This document shows positions 1 to 9,321 of a stretch of DNA of 64,000 nucleotides, piece by piece. The notes beneath the pieces were generated by a model. It saw nothing but the letters and a program-made list of their open reading frames with translations, was not told the origin of the DNA and ran no database searches. A program made the translations under genes and the position numbers. The DNA lies in IMG/VR virus record IMGVR_UViG_3300027365_000011, positions 1 to 64,000 of that record; one strand, given 5' to 3'. This DNA is from a virus. The stretch's first letter is position 1. The number at the start of each line of letters is the position of its first letter.

Positions 1-21
1 CCCTTCGATTAACCACCTCAG

Positions 22-573
22 ACAAGGTATCTCTCCCCCTTTCCCGCCGCCGCAGACCTGGACGCCTTGGCACTGCCAACAATCCGTCCCTATATAACGC
101 CCACCCGGTGCCTGCCGTCCTCTCGCCGCCGTCAGGGAAACCAACACATATCGGAACCACCTGGGCAACAAGGTATCTCTCCCCCTTTCGGCCCGCCGGG
201 CGGCGAGCACCGGGCAACGGGGAAGCCTTCCACCCATCACCGTCAATCTGTCCCATTTCCCCGGCCACCAGCCCTGCCGAACAGTCAATCTCTCCCCCTT
301 TCGGGCCTCGTCAGGGAAACCAACACATATCGGCCGGGGCCGGACAGCCCGAGTACAAGGTATCTCTCCCCCCCATCGACGCCCTGGAGGCCGCGCCACG
401 GCGCCCCTGGGCAGCCGCGGGGAATCCTTCTCCCGTTGACCTGGCCACCCGGCGGCCGCCAAACGGGGGAGAAATACCTTGCGTGCCGATCGCCACCAAC
501 AATCCGTCCCTTTATCGGAGACGACCCCGGCCACCGGACGCTGCCAGCCCGACCGTCAATCTGTCCCCTTTCG
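22..573. repeat. Degenerate ~20-bp iteron-like array in both orientations (incA-like replication control locus)
   Basis: About a dozen related units: ACAAGGTATCTCTCCCCC at 22, 168, 355 (inverted variant ~465-481); CAACAATCCGTCCCT at 77, 497; CCGTCAATCTGTCCC at 240, 553; CGTCAGGGAAACCAACACATATCGG at 130, 309. No credible CDS over the region. Confidence 0.7.
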
Positions 574-918
574 ATCATCGGTCATCGCTTATACCGTTAA
601 CACCTGCCGCACTCTGCGGATCCACCCCGGTTTCGCCACCCCGTCGAGGGGACGGCTGGCGCCCCTGGTGACGCCGATCCGCCGGCTCAAGATAAGACCG
701 ATAATCTTGAAATTGGCGCAGCGCAGCACGCCGCTGCCGCCTATCGCGTTAGTTTATAACGCCAAAGTTTCACAGCTGTGATGGCCGCTTGCCGTGCTGT
801 CGCCGGTATGCGACGTTGACGACGACCCCCGGCGACCTATTTACCGGAGGGGTTATACAATCGTTGCCAAGTAATGAAGGCAACGGTATAAGAATTGTCA
901 CACCGCAGGGGAGCCCCG

Positions 919-1392
919 ATGCTATCCACTCTCAAGACCCCGATCCTGCTGGCCGCCATGGCCATCCCCGCCAGCGCCAGCGCCCTTCCCGGCGAGCCTC
1001 GGCCGGTCGACATGACGCCCGAAGCCGTGATGGCCTTCCTCCGCGACCTGCCCAGTGACGACGTGATCGCCAACGGGATGCAGCGCGCCATGAGCGAGTG
1101 CGAGTGCAGCAAGGCCGAAGCGCTCACCGGCTACATGGACGGGCTGTTCGACTACTACGGGTACGACTACAGCGGCACGCTCCAGGGCTACGCCCAGGCC
1201 TACCTCGACTTCGGTGAGCCCGGCGGCATGACCCGCGAGCTGGACACCTTCCTGCAGCGCTCGGGATTCGCCTCGCTGATGATGCCGCCCATGCAGTTGG
1301 TGAAGGCTGACGGGGCGCAGCCGCTGGTCAGCCGCGGCGTGCTGACCGATCAGGCCGTCGAGACGGTGCAGGCCATGCTTGCCCAGGGCTGA
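919..1392 (+). CDS. Secreted/periplasmic hypothetical protein (moron-like)
   Basis: GGGGAG RBS before ATG 919; signal-peptide-like N-terminus (LLAAMAIPASASA); candidate promoter TTGCCA(865)-17-TATAAG upstream. Confidence 0.7.
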   Translation: MLSTLKTPILLAAMAIPASASALPGEPRPVDMTPEAVMAFLRDLPSDDVIANGMQRAMSECECSKAEALTGYMDGLFDYYGYDYSGTLQGYAQAYLDFGEPGGMTRELDTFLQRSGFASLMMPPMQLVKADGAQPLVSRGVLTDQAVETVQAMLAQG

Positions 1393-1410
1393 AACCCCGG
1401 ATACCCGCAG

Positions 1411-1439
1411 TTACCTGACAGGTAAACCGTTGTTACAAT
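1411..1439 (+). promoter_or_regulatory. Palindromic operator TTACCTGACAGGTAA plus extended -10 (TGTTACAAT)
   Basis: Perfect 15-bp palindrome at 1411-1425 and TACAAT at 1434-1439; motif recurs across the window. Confidence 0.65.
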
Positions 1440-1469
1440 GACCGCATCTTCCCCGGAGCGGTCATTGCC

Positions 1470-2129
1470 ATGTCAGAGCCCATCGCCCAGCGCATCCTTG
1501 CCGTCTCCCTGCTGTCGTCCGAGCGGGTCAAGCTGCGCTGCGTCTATGACGGCACGGTCCTGCTGGTGGCCGGCATGGAGCGTGTCACCGGCAACCTGTT
1601 CACCTGGCGCAAGCGGCTCGCCGGCGAGGTCCAGAAGGCCCAGGCCAATGGCTGGTCGGTGCTGGTCGAGGAAATGGGCGACACGATCAGCCAGTACGCC
1701 ACGCCGGTGCTGTTCAGCGACCCCCACCCCCAGGAACAGCGCCCCATGCTGTCGGTGGCGCTGGACTGGTATTTCGCCATGCACAACGCCGGCGCCCTGC
1801 AGTTCCAGGGCGGCACCGAGCTGTGCCGCATCACCGAATCGGCGGTCGACGTGTCCGTGGACGAGCGCGGCCGCAACCGCTACGACCTCGACTGGCAGCG
1901 GGTCAAGGGGCCGCAGCGCGCGATGATGCTGGCTTGCCTGGCCGCCGAAGGCATCCAGCCGATGTCCGCCGCCTGGCTCGAGGAAGTCTTCGAGGCGATC
2001 GCCGCCCCGACCCCGGCGGAGCGCCCCGATACGCGCTTTCGGCGCCAGCTCGACCAGTGGGACCAGGACCGCGAGCGCCAGCGCCAGAAGGCCCTCGGCC
2101 TGATCGACGGGGGCCGCGATGTTCAGTAA
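1470..2129 (+). CDS. Hypothetical phage protein, first gene of the morphogenesis operon
   Basis: 219-aa ORF with typical codon usage, overlapping the next gene. Confidence 0.7.
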   Translation: MSEPIAQRILAVSLLSSERVKLRCVYDGTVLLVAGMERVTGNLFTWRKRLAGEVQKAQANGWSVLVEEMGDTISQYATPVLFSDPHPQEQRPMLSVALDWYFAMHNAGALQFQGGTELCRITESAVDVSVDERGRNRYDLDWQRVKGPQRAMMLACLAAEGIQPMSAAWLEEVFEAIAAPTPAERPDTRFRRQLDQWDQDRERQRQKALGLIDGGRDVQ

Positions 2130-2685
2130 CCGATTCAGCCCCGACAAGCTCGCCGACCCCATGGTGCGCGCCCGCCTGTATCGCGAGATCCGTCGCCGCA
2201 CCCCGCGCATCAGCCAGGCCTCGTGGCAAGATCGCGTGGTCGAACCGGCCGAAACCCTGCTGCCCGAGTTGATCGCCCACCGGGAGTACGGCGACCACCG
2301 GCTCAAGTGGGTCATCCTGGTGGCCGCCGGGCTGGACGATTACCGGCTGGCGCTGGAATCCGGCGAGACACTGGTGCTGCCGACCATCGAGTGGCTGCGC
2401 GATCGCTTCCGGCACTATCAGGGCGTCGAGGCGGTGTCGCCGGTGCTCGAGCCGGTCAAGGATCGCGCCGCCCTGGCCGCCAACCAGCCGGCGATCAAGG
2501 CAGCGCCTGACACGGACGCCCAGGATGCGCTCCAGCGCGCCCTCGAGGCCTTGGACGCCCCCACGCCGCTGGTCTCGCCCCGCGATGCCGTCAACGATGA
2601 ATCCCTCAACCGCCAGCGCAACGCCATCGAGGACAAGCTGCAGGCGGTGCGTGACGCCCTCGCCCGCCTCGAGGTGTCGCCATGA
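2119..2685 (+). CDS. P1 gp26-like baseplate protein (LysM/TailX-like)
   Basis: PELIAHREYGD..LKWVILVAAG motif; position upstream of the gp25-like gene. Confidence 0.65.
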   Translation: MFSNRFSPDKLADPMVRARLYREIRRRTPRISQASWQDRVVEPAETLLPELIAHREYGDHRLKWVILVAAGLDDYRLALESGETLVLPTIEWLRDRFRHYQGVEAVSPVLEPVKDRAALAANQPAIKAAPDTDAQDALQRALEALDAPTPLVSPRDAVNDESLNRQRNAIEDKLQAVRDALARLEVSP

Positions 2686-3899
2686 CGTTCAGCACCCCGC
2701 AGACCGGCGACCAGGCGCCCACGCGCGTCATGGACTTCAAGGAGTTCGAGAAGGCCTTCAACGCCTACCGCCGCGGCGACAACCGCATCGAGCGCGAGCG
2801 CGCCACCGGCACCCTGTCGCCGTCCGCCATCGAGCGCGGCATTCGCACCGGCAAGGGCGTCTCGCTGGACGAGAAGCAGGGCAGCGGCGAGTACAGCGCC
2901 GAGGAATTGAAGGCCTTTCGGCGGCTCATCAAGAAGGTCCAGAAGGACTACGCCAACGGCAAGCGTGGCGCGCCGGCGAAGCAGCTCATCGCCACCACGC
3001 GCAAGGTCGACGTGGACCGCGCCAACCGCCAGATCCGCTACGCGCGGCTGTATCAGGTGCGCGGCAACCTGCTCAAGTTCGCGGTGCCGGCCTCCGGCGA
3101 GAACGGCTACCACGGCAGCTATCAGGTACGCATCCGCCTCGAGGGCTGGGACGCCGCGCTGGTCTCCGGCCAGAAGTGGGACAAGGCCGCCCAGGCCGCC
3201 GCCACCGGCCGCGTGTCGATCGACTGCCAGTGCGGACGTCACCAGTTCTGGTATCGCTACCTGGCCGGCGTGGGCGGCTATGCCGTCGAGCCGCCCCAGG
3301 AAAAGGATTTCCCCAAGGTCCGCAACCCGTCGCTGTCCGGGGCCTGCTGCAAGCATGTCATCAAGACGCTCCAGACCCTGGCCAGCCCCACCGTGCAGCG
3401 CGTGCTCGCCGGCGAGCTGGAGCGCCAGTCCGATGCCGCCGGCTTCGGCAAGGTGGGCAGCCGCTACCTGACCGCCGCCGAGCTGAAAACCCTCAAACGC
3501 GCCCGCCCCCGCCAGGCCGACCAGAAAAGCGCGGCCGCCGCCTACCGCGACTACCTCAAGAGCCAGAAGGGCATGAAGCGGGCCACCAGCAAGGCCAGGA
3601 GCAAGATGGATACCGACGCCGAGAACCGCAAGCTGCGGGCCAAGGACAAGGCCCGCCAGGCGCAGCTCAAGAAGGAACGCCAGCAACGCGAGGCGCTGCA
3701 GAAGGAAGCCGACCTCTCGAAGCTGTCGGCGGCGCTCAACAAGGCGCGCATGGACGCGGTGATGAAGGCCGCCACCAGCGGCAACGACCCCCAGGCCGCC
3801 CAGTCCCGAGCGACCCGCGACTTCGCCGAGGGCTGGGCCAAGAACCACGGCACCAGCGCCGAGGCGGTCATGACCACCATCAAGGAGAACAGCCTGTGA
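2682..3899 (+). CDS. P1 gp25-like tail protein with SWIM-type Zn finger
   Basis: IDCQCGRHQFWYRY...RNP..GACCKH motif; P1 26-25-7 synteny. Confidence 0.7.
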   Translation: MTFSTPQTGDQAPTRVMDFKEFEKAFNAYRRGDNRIERERATGTLSPSAIERGIRTGKGVSLDEKQGSGEYSAEELKAFRRLIKKVQKDYANGKRGAPAKQLIATTRKVDVDRANRQIRYARLYQVRGNLLKFAVPASGENGYHGSYQVRIRLEGWDAALVSGQKWDKAAQAAATGRVSIDCQCGRHQFWYRYLAGVGGYAVEPPQEKDFPKVRNPSLSGACCKHVIKTLQTLASPTVQRVLAGELERQSDAAGFGKVGSRYLTAAELKTLKRARPRQADQKSAAAAYRDYLKSQKGMKRATSKARSKMDTDAENRKLRAKDKARQAQLKKERQQREALQKEADLSKLSAALNKARMDAVMKAATSGNDPQAAQSRATRDFAEGWAKNHGTSAEAVMTTIKENSL

Positions 3900-5215
3900 G
3901 CGGGACCAAGCCCCCTTCCTCGGTCGCCTGGGCCATCGACGCCATTCCCGGGGCATCCGACTTCAAGGGCGTGGAGCGCGCCCTGCTCAGTGTGCTCAAC
4001 GACTGGATGCGCGGCCAGATCAACCGCGCGCTGGATGCCGACACCCTCGAGCGCGACGACTACCGGCGGCTCATCGCCCTGGCCGAGAACAACCCCATGG
4101 CGCAGCACCACCTGACGCTGACCGGGGGCGTCGGCAAGGCCAAGGTGGCGCTGGGCGAGACGCTGCTGAACGAGAGCCATGCCGCCCAGGCGGCCGCCAT
4201 CGACCGGCTGCTGACCGAGCATGTCGGCAACCGCGACGAACAGGACGCCCTGGCCAACCTGGACCCGCGGGAAGCGACCCGCAGCTACGTCCAGGAGAAG
4301 GGCAACGCCACGATCAGTCGGGCGTTCTTCCAGGAGCTGGTCGACACCGGCGAGTATCCCACGCTTACCGCCGCGGCCATGTCCGTGTCGCAGACCCACG
4401 GCGCCAGCCCGGAAACCGCTCGACGCATGAAGCGCCGCTACAACGACTACATCGCCGAGCGCGCCCGGGAGGAAAGCCCCGACCTGCGTGAAGCCGAGGC
4501 CAAGACGCTGGCGCTGGGCCAGGCGATCATCGACCAGGCCAAGGCCAATATCGGCCTGTCGCCCCGCCACGCCGCCCAGGTGATGGGCCGCAGCGTGGTT
4601 TCCGGGCGCGGGGCGCGGGGCATCGCCAGCCGTGCCGGCTGGGCGCCGAAGCAGATGGATCAGGACACCGCCGAGCTGATGCAGCTTGTCGGCAAGGCGC
4701 TGCCCCGCGACGGCAAGGTGGTCATCGGCAGCAAGAAGGACATCGAGGATCAGTTGCAGGTGCGCCTGCCCCACCCCAAGGGCCGCTCGTTTCAGGTGGC
4801 CAAGCCGTCGTCGCGGGCCGATCGCTCCGAGACGGCCGCCGTCTGCCTGTCGGGCAACATCTCCAAGCGCGTGCTGTTCCACGAGGTCGGTCACGCCCTG
4901 GAGACCCTGAATCCGGCGGCGAACGCCGTGGCCTACGCTTGGCTCAAGCGGCGCACCCAGGGCTACCAGGAGCAGTCCCTGCGCGAGCTGACCGGCATCC
5001 GCTACGACCGCAGCGAACGGGCGATCCGTGACGAGTTCGTGGACGCCTATGTGGGCAAGACCTACCGCCCCTATGGCGGCGTGCAGCTCAACGAAGCGCT
5101 GGCGATGGGCCTCGAGCGCCTGTCCGACCCGCGCGCGGCCGGCGAGCTGGCGCTGCGCGACCCCGACCACCTGGCCATGGTGCTGACCGCACTGCAACAG
5201 GAGCCGATGGCATGA
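3896..5215 (+). CDS. Protein with C-terminal zincin-like metallopeptidase domain
   Basis: GTG start overlapping the upstream stop with AAGGAG RBS; LFHEVGHALE (HExxH) and downstream NEALAMGLE. Confidence 0.65.
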   Translation: MSGTKPPSSVAWAIDAIPGASDFKGVERALLSVLNDWMRGQINRALDADTLERDDYRRLIALAENNPMAQHHLTLTGGVGKAKVALGETLLNESHAAQAAAIDRLLTEHVGNRDEQDALANLDPREATRSYVQEKGNATISRAFFQELVDTGEYPTLTAAAMSVSQTHGASPETARRMKRRYNDYIAERAREESPDLREAEAKTLALGQAIIDQAKANIGLSPRHAAQVMGRSVVSGRGARGIASRAGWAPKQMDQDTAELMQLVGKALPRDGKVVIGSKKDIEDQLQVRLPHPKGRSFQVAKPSSRADRSETAAVCLSGNISKRVLFHEVGHALETLNPAANAVAYAWLKRRTQGYQEQSLRELTGIRYDRSERAIRDEFVDAYVGKTYRPYGGVQLNEALAMGLERLSDPRAAGELALRDPDHLAMVLTALQQEPMA

Positions 5216-5541
5216 ACCTGACCCTGGAAGCCCGCCTGGGCGGCGACACTGTGACGATCGACCTCGAGGCCGCCGACGCCGAGAGCCGCGAAGTCGGCTT
5301 CGACAGCGACGACCCCGGCGCCTACGCCCACGTCACCGCCGCCATGCACTACCTGTCCGGACTGGACGGCAAGACCGTGACGCCCGAGACCGCCACCCTG
5401 CCCGACTGGGCCATCATCATCGGCAAGCTGGCCGAGGGCGACATGCGCGTGACCGCGGGCCGGCTCCCCAAGGCCCTGCTGGGCGACCCCATGGGCGAGG
5501 CCAACACCCCGGATGACGAAGCGGGAGGCGACGACACATGA
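5212..5541 (+). CDS. Small acidic hypothetical protein
   Basis: ATGA overlaps at both ends; 109 aa. Confidence 0.65.
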   Translation: MNLTLEARLGGDTVTIDLEAADAESREVGFDSDDPGAYAHVTAAMHYLSGLDGKTVTPETATLPDWAIIIGKLAEGDMRVTAGRLPKALLGDPMGEANTPDDEAGGDDT

Positions 5542-6137
5542 GCCTCCGCCCCGTCAATCAGCACCGCCCGGTCACGGACCAGCTCCGGCAGGATCTCGCC
5601 GCGACGATCGCCGGGCACCCCATGAGCTTCGACGTGGTGGTGTTTCCCGCCGCCAACCAGCGCCAGGAGGACGTGACCGCCCCCGCGCTGGGCGGCGACG
5701 TGGTGGGCACCCTGGAGGCCAGCGAGCGCGACCTGGAGTACGGCGAGCCGTTCGTGAGCGCGGCCCTGGAGCCGAACAACGCCCTCGAGCACTACCCCAT
5801 GCTGGATGCCGGCAGCGGCTACGGGCTGGAAAGCGACGACAGCGAGCCCTACCGGCTGCTGCTCAAGGAGGGGCCGGTGCCCAAGCGCAGCGTGGTGGCC
5901 TTCGTGGTCGATACCGGCAACGGGCTGGCGATGCGAGCCATGTACGTGCTCAAGGGCGACACCATCGGCAGCAAGGCGCCCGCCGGCACGGTCTACAGCC
6001 TGATTCCCTACCTGGGCGGCATGGACTCCCTGGACGGGCTGACGCTGCCGGACAGCGACCCGAGCGCCGACACCCTGATCGAGCGACTGGATGACCTGCT
6101 GGCATCGGTTTCGCTGGCGGGGACCACGCCGCCCTGA
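5538..6137 (+). CDS. P1 gp7-like tail protein
   Basis: Synteny (26-25-7...24-6-5) and comparable size. Confidence 0.5.
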   Translation: MSLRPVNQHRPVTDQLRQDLAATIAGHPMSFDVVVFPAANQRQEDVTAPALGGDVVGTLEASERDLEYGEPFVSAALEPNNALEHYPMLDAGSGYGLESDDSEPYRLLLKEGPVPKRSVVAFVVDTGNGLAMRAMYVLKGDTIGSKAPAGTVYSLIPYLGGMDSLDGLTLPDSDPSADTLIERLDDLLASVSLAGTTPP

Positions 6138-6184
6138 TTACCTATCAGGCAATCTGTACCGTGCAGGCAACGGAGTGTTACAAT
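6138..6184 (+). promoter_or_regulatory. Two degenerate operator copies plus TGTTACAAT -10, driving the fibre cluster
   Basis: TTACCTATCAGGCAA (6138) and GTACCGTGCAGGCAA (6156); 8-nt spacer to TACAAT, identical to the spacing at 1411. Confidence 0.6.
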
Positions 6185-6217
6185 AATCGCGTGATTCGTT
6201 GCCTACGGTGAGCAGCC

Positions 6218-6787
6218 ATGTCGTCCCGCGATGGGTCCATTGACCGTCTGCTGGAAGCCCTGAACCGAACCCCGGTAACGGCGGTGGTCCGGCACACGAT
6301 CGATACCCTGACCGGGACTGACACGGTGCCCATCGGCGACCTGGCCCCGGCGGGGAGTCGGGAGCTGGCCATCGTGCAGGCAGCCACCGGGCGGCATGAC
6401 GTGACCCTGGACTGTTCGCTGGCGCCCGACCACCTGGCGCTGGCGCTGTACAGCCGCGGGATTCACTTCACCCCGCAGCCCTGGGATGCGCTGGCTGATC
6501 CGGTCGAGACGACCATCACGGTCTCCTACCTGCGACCGGCGCTATCGACGGACGCAAGCGCGGACCTGCGCCATTACAGCGTCACGCTGCCCGCGGGCCT
6601 GGAGCATGTCGTGGTACACGGCATGGGCTCCGAGAAGTTCGTGGAGCGCGTGACCTCACTGGCCGGCGATCCGCAGTTCGCGGCCGTCGAGGCCATGGAT
6701 GCCGACCGGCTGCGCGTCACGCTGACCGAGGCAATCCCGGTACGCCTGGATGCCGTTTTTCTCCCCGACCTGGAAGGTGACGCATGA
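6218..6787 (+). CDS. Fibre-cluster protein with HGMG...LTEA beta domain
   Basis: C-terminus similar to those of 7061 and 8795. Confidence 0.65.
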   Translation: MSSRDGSIDRLLEALNRTPVTAVVRHTIDTLTGTDTVPIGDLAPAGSRELAIVQAATGRHDVTLDCSLAPDHLALALYSRGIHFTPQPWDALADPVETTITVSYLRPALSTDASADLRHYSVTLPAGLEHVVVHGMGSEKFVERVTSLAGDPQFAAVEAMDADRLRVTLTEAIPVRLDAVFLPDLEGDA

Positions 6788-6990
6788 ACGAGGTCGTTGT
6801 CGGTCGTCGGGAAATGCACCTGGCGGCTTACATGAAGTTCCGAGGGGCAACCCTTGTGAAAGGCGGACGCGATGGTTTCGTCTTCGAGACCGACCGTTCC
6901 CTGGATGAGTGGCGCGTGGAGCACGGCAATTCGTGCTGCCTGCAAGTGGATCGTGAGCTGCTGACGCTCAAGCACTTCCTGGCCGGCTGA
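6784..6990 (+). CDS. Small hypothetical protein (DUF5659-like)
   Basis: HLAAYMK..G..L...F.F pattern; ATGA coupling. Confidence 0.55.
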   Translation: MNEVVVGRREMHLAAYMKFRGATLVKGGRDGFVFETDRSLDEWRVEHGNSCCLQVDRELLTLKHFLAG

Positions 6991-7060
6991 CGCCGGCACG
7001 CGCGAGATGAAGACGTTGTGGCGTGGAGAGAATCGCTAACCATCCTGGAGAAACACGCCC

Positions 7061-8320
7061 ATGGCCTTTCCTAAGTTTCATGGCATCAATCTGGCCGCCA
7101 ACGGTTTCATCGAAAACCTGCGCGTCGAACGCCTGGCCGCCGACCCCTCGCCGGTCAGCGCCGGCCGCGTCTGGTACAACACCACCGAAAAGGCGCTCAA
7201 GTATTCGTCCCTGGACGACACGGGCGCCGTGGTGGTGCAGGCCTTCGGCAACGTCACCTACATCGACAGCCAGGTTTCCAGCGAAGCCCAGGCCCGCAGC
7301 GACGCCGACGATGCACTCGATGCCCGCCTGACCACGGTTGAAACCGACTACGCGCAGACCAGCTACGTCGATCAGAAGATCGCCTCGCTGGGCAATGCGT
7401 TCGAGTATGTCGGCACCATCGACGGTGGCGTCGACGCGGCTTCCGCCCTCGACCTGTCCACCCTGAGCCAGACCGCCGCCGGTGACTACTACAAGGTCAC
7501 GACCGCCGGTTACTTCAAGGCGACTTCCGGCGATACCGCGTTCTACCTGAACGCCAATGACGGCGTTCTGTTCAACTCGGCCGGTGGCGTCGATACCGTC
7601 GACAACACCAACGCCCAAGTACAGGGCACCACGGATTTCGTCACCGTCACCGGATCGGCCGATACCGGCTTCACCGTCGACGTGGCCCAGGCGTTCAAGG
7701 ATCGCGTTTCCACCCTGGAAACCGAAGCTGGCGACCTGACCACTCTGACCACCGATGCCAAGGGCGACCTGGTATCCGCGCTCAACGAAGTCGACGCCAA
7801 CGCCGATGCGGTCCAGGGCGAACTGGACACCACGCAGACCGGTGCCGGCCTGGGCACTGACGGCACCTACGCCGCCAATGCCGGTGCCAACTACATCGCT
7901 TCCGCGACCAGCCTCAAGGATGCCGACGACAAGCTCGACGCCGCCCTCAAGTCCGAGGCCAACCGCGCCAAGGCGGCCGAAGGCGACCTGTCGACCCTGA
8001 GCACGACTGCCAAGGCGTCGCTGGTGGCCGCGATCAACGAGGTCGACGCCGCTGCCGGCGAGGGTGCCGCCCAGCTCAAGACCGACATCAACAACCAGCG
8101 CGCGACCTTCCAGTCCGGCGCGGCGGCGCTGAACCACAGCGTTGCCCACGGCCTGAACAGCGCGTTCGTGTCGGTACAGGTGTGGGTCGAAGGTAGCGAT
8201 GGCATCTATCGCAACGACATCGTGGCTGTCGAGGAAACTGACAACAACACCGTCAGCATTTCCCTGACCGAAGCCGCCAACGTGAAAGTGGCCGTCCAGT
8301 CGCTGACTGACCTGGCCTGA
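7061..8320 (+). CDS. Virion fibre/structural protein
   Basis: GGAG RBS; GDLTTLTTDAKGDLVSALNEV repeated twice; coiled-coil stretches; C-terminal HGLN...LTEA domain. Confidence 0.8.
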   Translation: MAFPKFHGINLAANGFIENLRVERLAADPSPVSAGRVWYNTTEKALKYSSLDDTGAVVVQAFGNVTYIDSQVSSEAQARSDADDALDARLTTVETDYAQTSYVDQKIASLGNAFEYVGTIDGGVDAASALDLSTLSQTAAGDYYKVTTAGYFKATSGDTAFYLNANDGVLFNSAGGVDTVDNTNAQVQGTTDFVTVTGSADTGFTVDVAQAFKDRVSTLETEAGDLTTLTTDAKGDLVSALNEVDANADAVQGELDTTQTGAGLGTDGTYAANAGANYIASATSLKDADDKLDAALKSEANRAKAAEGDLSTLSTTAKASLVAAINEVDAAAGEGAAQLKTDINNQRATFQSGAAALNHSVAHGLNSAFVSVQVWVEGSDGIYRNDIVAVEETDNNTVSISLTEAANVKVAVQSLTDLA

Positions 8321-8326
8321 GCCTGA

Positions 8327-8348
8327 CGGGCCGGGTTCGCCCGGCCCG
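8327..8348 (+). other. GC-rich hairpin with UUCG loop and no U-tract (possible mRNA stabiliser)
   Basis: CGGGCCGGG-TTCG-CCCGGCCCG just after the 7061 stop. Confidence 0.5.
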
Positions 8349-8370
8349 ACTGACATGAGAGCGCGCTGAC

Positions 8371-8595
8371 ATGGATGAGCCCGTCTTCCGCTACATCGAC
8401 CCGACGACCCTGCTGACCGCCGATGCAGCGCTGCAGGAAGTCGACCGGCTGCTGGCCCACCTGCAACTGGTGGCCGGGCGACTGACCCCGGACGACCTGG
8501 CCGATGGGGAGACGCTGGAGTGGTTCGGTCAGCGCGTTGACTGGATCAAGCGTTATTTCGAGCGCGCCGAGACGCTGGTGACGACGAGTGAGTAA
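8371..8595 (+). CDS. Small hypothetical protein of the fibre cluster
   Basis: 74-aa ORF coupled to the next gene. Confidence 0.6.
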   Translation: MDEPVFRYIDPTTLLTADAALQEVDRLLAHLQLVAGRLTPDDLADGETLEWFGQRVDWIKRYFERAETLVTTSE

Positions 8596-8791
8596 ACCGC
8601 ACCCCGCCCACCTGGTCAGTTGGACCGAACGGTGCAGAGACAATCTGCAGCGGCTGCGCAGCGATCTACCGGAAATGCCTCGCGAGCAGGCCCTGACGGC
8701 GATCCGCGGGCAGTACCAGGTGCTGGCGAATATCAAGACCGTTTGCATGGGGCGTGCCTACTTCGCCGGCGTGCCCCACCGGAGATCCTAA
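8588..8791 (+). CDS. Small hypothetical protein of the fibre cluster
   Basis: GTG start; fills the gap to 8795. Confidence 0.5.
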   Translation: MSKPHPAHLVSWTERCRDNLQRLRSDLPEMPREQALTAIRGQYQVLANIKTVCMGRAYFAGVPHRRS

Positions 8792-8794
8792 CTC

Positions 8795-9310
8795 ATGGCC
8801 AACGTATCCGTTCGCACCAACCTGGATTTGCGCGGCCACCTGCAGTTTCAGCAGGTCGCCGACTTTCCCGCCAGCCCGAAGCCGGGCCAGACCTGTTTCA
8901 AGGGCGGCATCCTGTTCATTTTCGCCACCATTGGCGGGATTGAAACGTGGTATCCGACCAACCGCCCCCAGTCGAGCTATGTGCATAGCCAGGGGCTGGA
9001 AAGCCTGACGTGGACGCTGCGCCACAACCTGGGCACCACTGACGTGATCGTGGCGGTCTATGACACCGCCGGGCAGATCGTCAACGCCAGCATCACCATC
9101 ACCGATGCCAACACCGTCGTCGTGGAACTGACCGAGGCGATTGCCGGGCATGCCGTGGTGTTCGGCCATGAGCAGATTTCCGCACCCGTCGTGACCGCCC
9201 AGAAGATCAATGCCGACGAAATCACCGTCCAGAACCAGCCGGTGGCGGTCGAGGACGACGTGGCGACGGCCTTCGATGGCATGGCGACCGAATTTGAACA
9301 GTCTGCGTAA
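8795..9310 (+). CDS. Fibre adaptor protein (HNLG...LTEA domain)
   Basis: WTLRHNLGTTDVIVAVYD...DANTVVVELTEA motif. Confidence 0.7.
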   Translation: MANVSVRTNLDLRGHLQFQQVADFPASPKPGQTCFKGGILFIFATIGGIETWYPTNRPQSSYVHSQGLESLTWTLRHNLGTTDVIVAVYDTAGQIVNASITITDANTVVVELTEAIAGHAVVFGHEQISAPVVTAQKINADEITVQNQPVAVEDDVATAFDGMATEFEQSA

Positions 9311-9321
9311 GGAATCCGATC

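Noticed and set aside
67-781. ORFs over the left-end repeats, or a CRISPR interpretation of them
   Set aside because: The translations are low-complexity and repeat-derived; mixed orientation and irregular spacing fit iterons better.
2525-3895. N-terminal half of the 896-aa ORF 2525..5215
   Set aside because: It is an Arg/Pro-rich shadow frame over the gp25-like gene; the real start is probably GTG 3896, which has an RBS.
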